DNA of 64,000 nt from Dehalococcoidia bacterium (lineage in GTDB: Bacteria > Chloroflexota > Dehalococcoidia > SHYB01): positions 1,036,468 through 1,100,467 of the forward strand of contig CBDCOW010000001.1 of the NCBI GenBank assembly GCA_965219875.1, given 5' to 3'. How positions within the stretch are numbered: position 1 is the first letter of the stretch; every line of letters starts with the position of its first letter. This document shows, in pieces, positions 58,327-64,000 of this stretch. The translations under genes and the position numbers were made by a program. The notes under the pieces are model-generated. The model had not been told where the DNA came from. It worked only from the letters and a program-made list of their open reading frames with translations, and did no database searches.

Positions 58327-60418
58327 AGTTCCACCAAGACGGTACCCCCTGAATAACTGAGCGTCGCTGGCGTGTCTCGACTACCATTCTGTCGCCGACC
58401 GAATAAACACGCCGAATGGGAGCTCTCGATACCACACTTCCCAGATAGCGGCCATTCTTCTGGAACCAGCGCAGGCGCTTCTTCTCAATCAATCCAAAGC
58501 CGGTCTGCGCAATGATCAAATCGCCCCCGTCGAAAGTATCAACTAGGGCATGGAGCGACTCATTGTGTAGCACGTAGAGTCTCGTATCCGTCAGAAGATA
58601 AAGATAATCTCCTGTGTCGACGATGCGCCGAGGTGGGCTGCCGATGTCATACGCTCGAACGCCGCGCCCGTTGTGATCGACCAACACAACACGACCAGAG
58701 TAGCCAGCAAGGTAGGCTGAGTTCGAGTTCGCCGCGAAGCTGGCGGCGTATATCCAATCGGCCGCATGGACCTCGCTTATTTCCATGGCCGTGGTCATGG
58801 AGAACTTGAGGCCTTTGACTTCGAACTCCGAACGCTTGATGTCGCCGACGTATCTTGTTTCCATATAGGCGGGGAGAGCACCCACGTCGATTCCGGTAAG
58901 TATTTCCGATGCGAGGTTAATCGACTTCATCTTTTCTTCTGACTGGGAATCTCCGGGATGGAGATCAGGGTGATACTGCTTGGCAAGTTCCCGGTAACGT
59001 CGCCGAACCTCTTCGGGTGTGACCGGTCGGGACAATCCCAAGGTGGCAAGCGCCTTTTCGACGTCGTCGCTCGTCCCAGTATTGCTGCTCGGAGATACAA
59101 CTCGGGTCCACCCCTCCTTGAGGGGCAGCTTGGCCCCCCAGATCCCCTCACCCTGCACGTCGACGCACCACGCCTCGTCCACGGCGGTGAAGAGATATCG
59201 TTCCGCCGTCGGTGACAGTGCAACACACCGGATATGGTTCTTGAGTTGGTCGTCTGGTATCTCGAACCGTTTTTGCATCGCTTGGACTTCGGGAGCCTTG
59301 TCCAGCGCAGTCTCGAAGAGAATCGCAAGAGCATCGTCGTAGGCATGGACGACGCAGTTCTTCGACATGGCGATCAAGCCCTTCCCTAAGGGGTGTATTC
59401 CTAGGCGATAGGCGCCATGGCGCAATGCTGCCTTGGCAGCCAAACTCCCCGTTCTGCCATAGCGCAAGGCGGATGCTGGAATACTACCCAGGCCTTCGGC
59501 CTTTCCTAGGTCGTCGATCATCCATAGACCCGAATCGTTGGGATAAAGCTGGCGGAAGGTAGGATCGGGGCGTGCTTCGGCCGGTATCGGCTCGATTGCC
59601 TCAATTCGCCAACCTGCGTCACGAACTTCGAAGTGATCGGCTGCTTCCGGAACCTTCGCCCGTTCACGGCTAGTTTGCTTCTCTTCCCACCGCAGCGGCG
59701 CGCGTGGTAAGGGCACGTAACTGAGAGACGAAATGTCTATCTCGATGGCCGTCGGTGGGTTCGTGTCAGTGCGATGTGACCTGACAGTCTCCGCCGGGGG
59801 CAGTATTGGAACGTCCGCCGATCCGATAGAGACGAGCCTGTATGTGCGGCCTTCCCTGACCCGCATAATCCGCCCAGCCTTTTCAAAAAAGGCGATCAGA
59901 TTCGCAACTCGATGTCCGTCACTTTCGCCAACGAGTCCCTTGACGTCAGTTTGCAAGCAGTGCGGATGCGACTCCACTGCCTCCTGAATCGCTTGGAACA
60001 GCCGCAAGTCGTACTGATGCTCTTCGACCTTCTCTGTCCATCGTTCAAGTTCTGGAATGCCCTTCACGATGTCATGCATGCGTGAGAGGCCATCGCCATC
60101 ACCGAGGAGGGCGAGAACCTTTCCACCCTGCTGCAGAGAAGGAATCGACGGGATATCGAAAGAGCCGTACTGCTGGCGAGTTTCCTTGACCCACTCGGGG
60201 ATGTAGGCAAGATTCTCGTGAATTAGGCGGGCGGCACTCTCGAAATCGCGCCGAGAAATAGCAGCCTGCATCCGAGACATCGAGTCAAAGTAGGAATCAC
60301 TGACCTCGGCTCTACGCAGGCGAGGCAGGGTGCCGGACTCGACTTGGGGGTCGTCGTCTCGTTGGCCCCGACCACCCTTGTCGCCGCTTCCGAAGAGATG
60401 CTTGATGAATTGACGCAT
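58325..60418 (-). CDS. J-domain (DnaJ) protein with beta-rich repeats, horizontally acquired
   Basis: TLGL..EEVRRRYRELAKQYHPDLHPGD..EEKMKSINLA; visibly more A/T-rich than its neighbours. Confidence 0.85.
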   Translation of the reverse strand: MRQFIKHLFGSGDKGGRGQRDDDPQVESGTLPRLRRAEVSDSYFDSMSRMQAAISRRDFESAARLIHENLAYIPEWVKETRQQYGSFDIPSIPSLQQGGKVLALLGDGDGLSRMHDIVKGIPELERWTEKVEEHQYDLRLFQAIQEAVESHPHCLQTDVKGLVGESDGHRVANLIAFFEKAGRIMRVREGRTYRLVSIGSADVPILPPAETVRSHRTDTNPPTAIEIDISSLSYVPLPRAPLRWEEKQTSRERAKVPEAADHFEVRDAGWRIEAIEPIPAEARPDPTFRQLYPNDSGLWMIDDLGKAEGLGSIPASALRYGRTGSLAAKAALRHGAYRLGIHPLGKGLIAMSKNCVVHAYDDALAILFETALDKAPEVQAMQKRFEIPDDQLKNHIRCVALSPTAERYLFTAVDEAWCVDVQGEGIWGAKLPLKEGWTRVVSPSSNTGTSDDVEKALATLGLSRPVTPEEVRRRYRELAKQYHPDLHPGDSQSEEKMKSINLASEILTGIDVGALPAYMETRYVGDIKRSEFEVKGLKFSMTTAMEISEVHAADWIYAASFAANSNSAYLAGYSGRVVLVDHNGRGVRAYDIGSPPRRIVDTGDYLYLLTDTRLYVLHNESLHALVDTFDGGDLIIAQTGFGLIEKKRLRWFQKNGRYLGSVVSRAPIRRVYSVGDRMVVETRQRRSVIQGVPSWWN

Positions 60419-60440
60419 CTCAACCTTTGGATTTTGCGGC

Positions 60441-60509
60441 GCGCGCCGGCCTAGCCGCTAGTCGAGGTTGAAGACCCGGACGCAGTTGGCGCCGGCGATC
60501 TTGGCCTTC
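60441..60509. repeat. 69-bp direct repeat (att-like)
   Basis: Identical to 58258-58326; spans the last codons and stop of the 60458-61561 gene. Confidence 0.92.
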
Positions 60510-61561
60510 TCTTCCTCGGTGCAGTCGGCGAGGATCTCTTCGAGGATTTCCTGACTGCGGGGGAAGGTGGCTTCCTGGTGGGGGTAGTCGGAGCCCCACA
60601 TCAGGTTGTCGACGCCGATGAGCCCGCGCAACTCGATGCCCCGGGCGTCTTCCTGGAAGCTCAGGAAGACGTTGCGGTGGAAGTAGTCGCTGGGCAGCAT
60701 GTCTTCGCCGAAGCGGTGCCACGACGCGCGCCGTGCCTTTTGGGTGTAGACGTAATCGAGGCGGTCGAGGAAGAAGGCGGCCCACTCGAGCTCGTGCTCG
60801 ACGGAGCCCACCTGGAGCTTGGGGAAGCGCTCGAAGACGCCGCTGTAGATCATGTCGCCGAGCGCGACGCGGACGTAGAAGTCGGCGTTGCAGAACAACG
60901 AAGCCTTGGTGTCGTCGCGGCGAGGCGCGTCGCGGTGAGAGGCGACGTGAAGCGAGAGCGGTATACCCAAGTCCTGCGCCGCGGCCCAAAACGGATCGTA
61001 GATGGGGGACTCGTAGGGCCGGTCGTCCGCCGGCGCCACGGGGATCATCACGCCGACAAGGCCGAGCTTGGCGCAGCGCTCCATCTCCGCGATCGACTCG
61101 TCGATGTCCTCCAAGAGGAGCATGCCGATGCCCTTCAGGCGGTCGGGAGCGGCGCCGCAGAAGTCGGCGGTCCAGTCGTTGTAGGCGCGGAAGAGGGCGG
61201 CGGTGAAGAGGGGGTCGGGCATCCGGTAGAGAAGGAGGCCCACCGTGGGGTAGAGCACGTTGACGTCGATGCCGTCGATGTCCATGTCCTTGACCTGCGC
61301 ATCGGGCAGGTAGGCGCCGGGAAGCACGTTCTCCCACACGTCCTCCATGGTCACACCGTCGGGATTATCGAAGCGGCGGCCGGGCTGCGTCCCGCCGCCA
61401 AGGCTGACCAGGTCCTCGCCGTCGCAGTGGAACCGGTCGCCGCTGGGGTCGCGCACCAAGTGCGGGGCGCGGTCGCGGTACTCCGGCTCGACGCGGTCGA
61501 CCCAGAGATCGGGCGGCTCGAAGACGTGGTTGTCCGACGAGATGATCCGGTAGCCGGGCAT
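60458..61561 (-). CDS. Amidohydrolase (Amidohydro_2)
   Basis: ISSDNHVFEPPDLW, AYNDW, GVFERFPKL, WGSDYPHQE. Confidence 0.92.
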   Translation of the reverse strand: MPGYRIISSDNHVFEPPDLWVDRVEPEYRDRAPHLVRDPSGDRFHCDGEDLVSLGGGTQPGRRFDNPDGVTMEDVWENVLPGAYLPDAQVKDMDIDGIDVNVLYPTVGLLLYRMPDPLFTAALFRAYNDWTADFCGAAPDRLKGIGMLLLEDIDESIAEMERCAKLGLVGVMIPVAPADDRPYESPIYDPFWAAAQDLGIPLSLHVASHRDAPRRDDTKASLFCNADFYVRVALGDMIYSGVFERFPKLQVGSVEHELEWAAFFLDRLDYVYTQKARRASWHRFGEDMLPSDYFHRNVFLSFQEDARGIELRGLIGVDNLMWGSDYPHQEATFPRSQEILEEILADCTEEEKAKIAGANCVRVFNLD

Positions 61562-61583
61562 GGCGTACTCCTCTGTGCCTCAG

Positions 61584-62747
61584 TTAGTTCTGGAAGCCGA
61601 AGAAGCGGGCGGTGTTGGCGAAGGTTATCTTGTGGATCTCTTCTTGGGAAGCGTCGGAGAAGATGTCTCTAATGACGCGCTGCGATTCGGGCCAGGTGCA
61701 CTCGGTGTGCGGGTAGTCCGAGCCCCAGACGAGGTTGTCGACGCCGATCAGGTTGCGCGTGGTGACCGCCGTCCGGTCGTCCTGGAAACTGACGACGATG
61801 TTGCGGTGGAAGAAGTCGCTGGGCGCCATGTCCGACTTGAACCGGCCCCATGAGGTCTTGCGGTCGTGGTAGCGCAGGTCCATGCGGAAGAGCCAGTGCC
61901 CCGCCCAGCCGGCCTGATTTTCCACGCTGGCTACTTTGAGGCGGGGGAAGCGCTCGAAGACGCCCGACATGATCATCGCGCTCAACGAGCGCCGGATCCA
62001 ATGGTCGCCGTTGGGATAGACGAGGTCGAGCGGCTCGTAGGGGTCGTCCGAGGTGTAGTGGTCCATGGGAATGCCGTCGCGCGTGGTGCGGTTCGACCCG
62101 GAATGCAGGCAGAGGGGGATGTCCATCTCTTGGGCCGCGGCCCAGAAGGGGTCGTAGTCGTGCATGAAGTACTGGCGCTCGTGCGCGGGGTGGACGGTGA
62201 TGATGGCGGCGCTGAGGCCGAGCTTCTTGGCGCGCGTCAATTCGGCCACGCCTTCGGCGATGTCATCGAGGTTGATCATGGCGGCGCCCTTGAGGGCATC
62301 GGGATAGGGCTTGCAGAACTCAGCGGCCCAATCGTTGTAGGTGTGGCAGATGGCGTTCAGGAGCTCGGGGTCGGGGGTCATCCAGATGCCGCCGACGCCC
62401 TTGGTGGGAAAGATCACCGCACCCTCGACGCCCTCGATGGCCATGTCCTCGATTGCCGCGTCGGGATCATAGGCGCCCTTGCGCACAGCCTCCCAGCGGT
62501 CGTCCACGCTGATCTCGTGGGGGCGCTCGGCGGTGTAGCGCTCGCCGGGATGCGTCGCGTTCCCCACGGAGCCCACGGAGAGGCCGTCGGCGACGACCCA
62601 ATAGTCGGCATCCTCACGCCGCTCGATCCGGGGCGCATGGTCGCGGAACTTCGGCTCTATTCGGGTTGTCCAGAGATCCGGCGGCTCGACGATATGGTTG
62701 TCGGCCGAGAGTAGTCTCAACATCGTCTGTGTCTGCGTCTGCGTCAT
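61584..62747 (-). CDS. Amidohydrolase (Amidohydro_2)
   Basis: LSADNHIVEPPDLW, GVFERFPRL, WGSDYPHTE; GAGGAGG RBS. Confidence 0.92.
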   Translation of the reverse strand: MTQTQTQTMLRLLSADNHIVEPPDLWTTRIEPKFRDHAPRIERREDADYWVVADGLSVGSVGNATHPGERYTAERPHEISVDDRWEAVRKGAYDPDAAIEDMAIEGVEGAVIFPTKGVGGIWMTPDPELLNAICHTYNDWAAEFCKPYPDALKGAAMINLDDIAEGVAELTRAKKLGLSAAIITVHPAHERQYFMHDYDPFWAAAQEMDIPLCLHSGSNRTTRDGIPMDHYTSDDPYEPLDLVYPNGDHWIRRSLSAMIMSGVFERFPRLKVASVENQAGWAGHWLFRMDLRYHDRKTSWGRFKSDMAPSDFFHRNIVVSFQDDRTAVTTRNLIGVDNLVWGSDYPHTECTWPESQRVIRDIFSDASQEEIHKITFANTARFFGFQN

Positions 62748-62917
62748 CCCTTGCCTCCTCCTCAGACCGCGCTGGGCGCAGTTCATCCGCATTCTAGCCT
62801 GAATCCGCATGGCGCGCCAAGGCAGCGCGCGTGGCCAGACCACACGCTGTGTTAGACTCGGCCCGTTCCGTCGGCGTCAGGCGCTTATATTGTGTGGGAG
62901 TGAGGGGGAGCGAGGAC

Positions 62918-63079
62918 ATGCCGAAATACCTGTTCCAAATGTCCTACACGGCGGGCGGAGCCGAGGGTCTGCGCAGGGAAGGCGGCGCCGTCACCATGAA
63001 GACGACGGTGCTGATCGACCCCGAGCCCGTGGACGCCGCGGTGAAGCGGACCGTCAACTACAGACCTCCGGGGGCCTAG
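62918..63079 (+). pseudogene. Internally deleted GYD-domain protein
   Basis: MPKYLFQMSYT..G..GL..EGG joined directly to AVTMKTTVL..VNYRPPGA; the central part is absent. Confidence 0.65.
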
Positions 63080-63185
63080 CGCCTGCCGAGGCTGCGTTCG
63101 TGTCCTTGGGCGGGGCCGCGTCTGCGGACCGCGCGCCCAGCGCGCCCGCGGCGCTCGGATTGGTATTGATGGAAGGGAATGACCG

Positions 63186-63827
63186 ATGGATTCCTTAACG
63201 GATTCCGGCCTTCAATCCGGCTTCGTGCTGGCCGTCGTTATCGGCGCCGTGCTGCTTGCCAGGTACTTGGGCGGCAGCGCAGGCTTGGCGGAAAGGGTTG
63301 CCCAGGTCGCGCTTGGGCTTGCCCTGATGATGCTCGTCTTTAGCGCGACGACGGCGTTCCACGGTCTGCCGGCTATCCCCGCCGGGGAGCTCGAGGCCGC
63401 GTTTGACTCGGAATCGCAGTTCTTTGATAGGGCCGCCGAGTCGAGCCAACGCTCTTCGGAAGTTGGCACGATACACATCGGGTTAGGCATCTTGTTCGTG
63501 GCGCTGGGCGTTGTCCTCGTCCGGAGGTTGAGTGTGATCACACCTCCGCTCCTGTTGGGTGGTGTCCTGCTCATCTTGTTTGGCGCCCCCACGGCGTCCG
63601 AAGGGGGGCTAGGCCAGGTCGAATCGCTGCTCGGCATGTTCGGCCCGGTCCTGGGAGCGGTAGGCGACGCCGGAGACGGACGCGAAATCGCCCGCTTCGT
63701 GGTGCTGCTGGTGGGCGTCCTTTTGTTGATGGGGCTCCTCTATTCACGCCGGGAGCGTGGGCCGTCTGACGGCGCCACCGAAGCGCCTGCCGCCGAGGAG
63801 CCCGGCGGCGCCGGAGAACCTGACTAA
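63186..63827 (+). CDS. Hypothetical membrane protein
   Basis: About five hydrophobic segments; no family recognised. Confidence 0.7.
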   Translation: MDSLTDSGLQSGFVLAVVIGAVLLARYLGGSAGLAERVAQVALGLALMMLVFSATTAFHGLPAIPAGELEAAFDSESQFFDRAAESSQRSSEVGTIHIGLGILFVALGVVLVRRLSVITPPLLLGGVLLILFGAPTASEGGLGQVESLLGMFGPVLGAVGDAGDGREIARFVVLLVGVLLLMGLLYSRRERGPSDGATEAPAAEEPGGAGEPD

Positions 63828-63848
63828 GGCCGAGCCGGGGGTGGGCTG

Positions 63849-64000
63849 ATGACTTCCGACGAGGGCCGGGACATGACGGAGATGTTCGTCGAGGCGGCCG
63901 CGACCCACGGGTTGTCCGACCTCGATTTCAGCGCGCCGGAGAGCAGGTACGCCGCGGTGGATGGCGTGCGGTTCCACTACGTGGACTGGCACGGCGAGGG
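63849..64000 (+). CDS. 5' part of a probable alpha/beta hydrolase (runs off the window)
   Basis: ...APESRYAAVDGVRFHYVDWHGE, a typical epoxide-hydrolase-like N-terminus; start 63849 or 63873. Confidence 0.65.
   Translation, partial: MTSDEGRDMTEMFVEAAATHGLSDLDFSAPESRYAAVDGVRFHYVDWHGE

Noticed and set aside
62724-62747. TQTQTQT microrepeat at an amidohydrolase N-terminus
   Set aside because: Short, in frame, and possibly upstream of the true start; no functional evidence.

Overview
GC-rich bacterial window. The gene repertoire (many Amidohydro_2, class III CoA-transferases, luciferase-like monooxygenases, Pro/Thr-linker ABC lipoproteins) suggests Chloroflexota/Dehalococcoidia, SAR202-like; this is inference only. 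It holds about 50 CDS: housekeeping genes (pdxA-like, nadC, lepA, PAC2), a ~25 kb catabolic cluster (17.6-42.9 kb), toxin-antitoxin genes, an IS5-family element with related MITEs, and REP-like palindromes. Main unusual items: (1) a three-domain DapA-like aldolase/MfnB/TusA fusion; (2) two tandem peroxiredoxin-like lipoproteins with an in-frame UGA in a W-U-x-x-C motif and a SECIS-like hairpin (predicted selenoproteins); (3) an IS5 element and MITEs inserted in the loop of a palindrome that the MITEs themselves carry; (4) a J-domain gene islet flanked by 69-bp direct repeats of a gene 3' end, with similar orphan 3' ends elsewhere; (5) an ABC substrate-binding lipoprotein with a collagen-like stalk. 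No rRNA, tRNA or CRISPR array was seen. All family calls come from motif recognition by eye; no database search was run.
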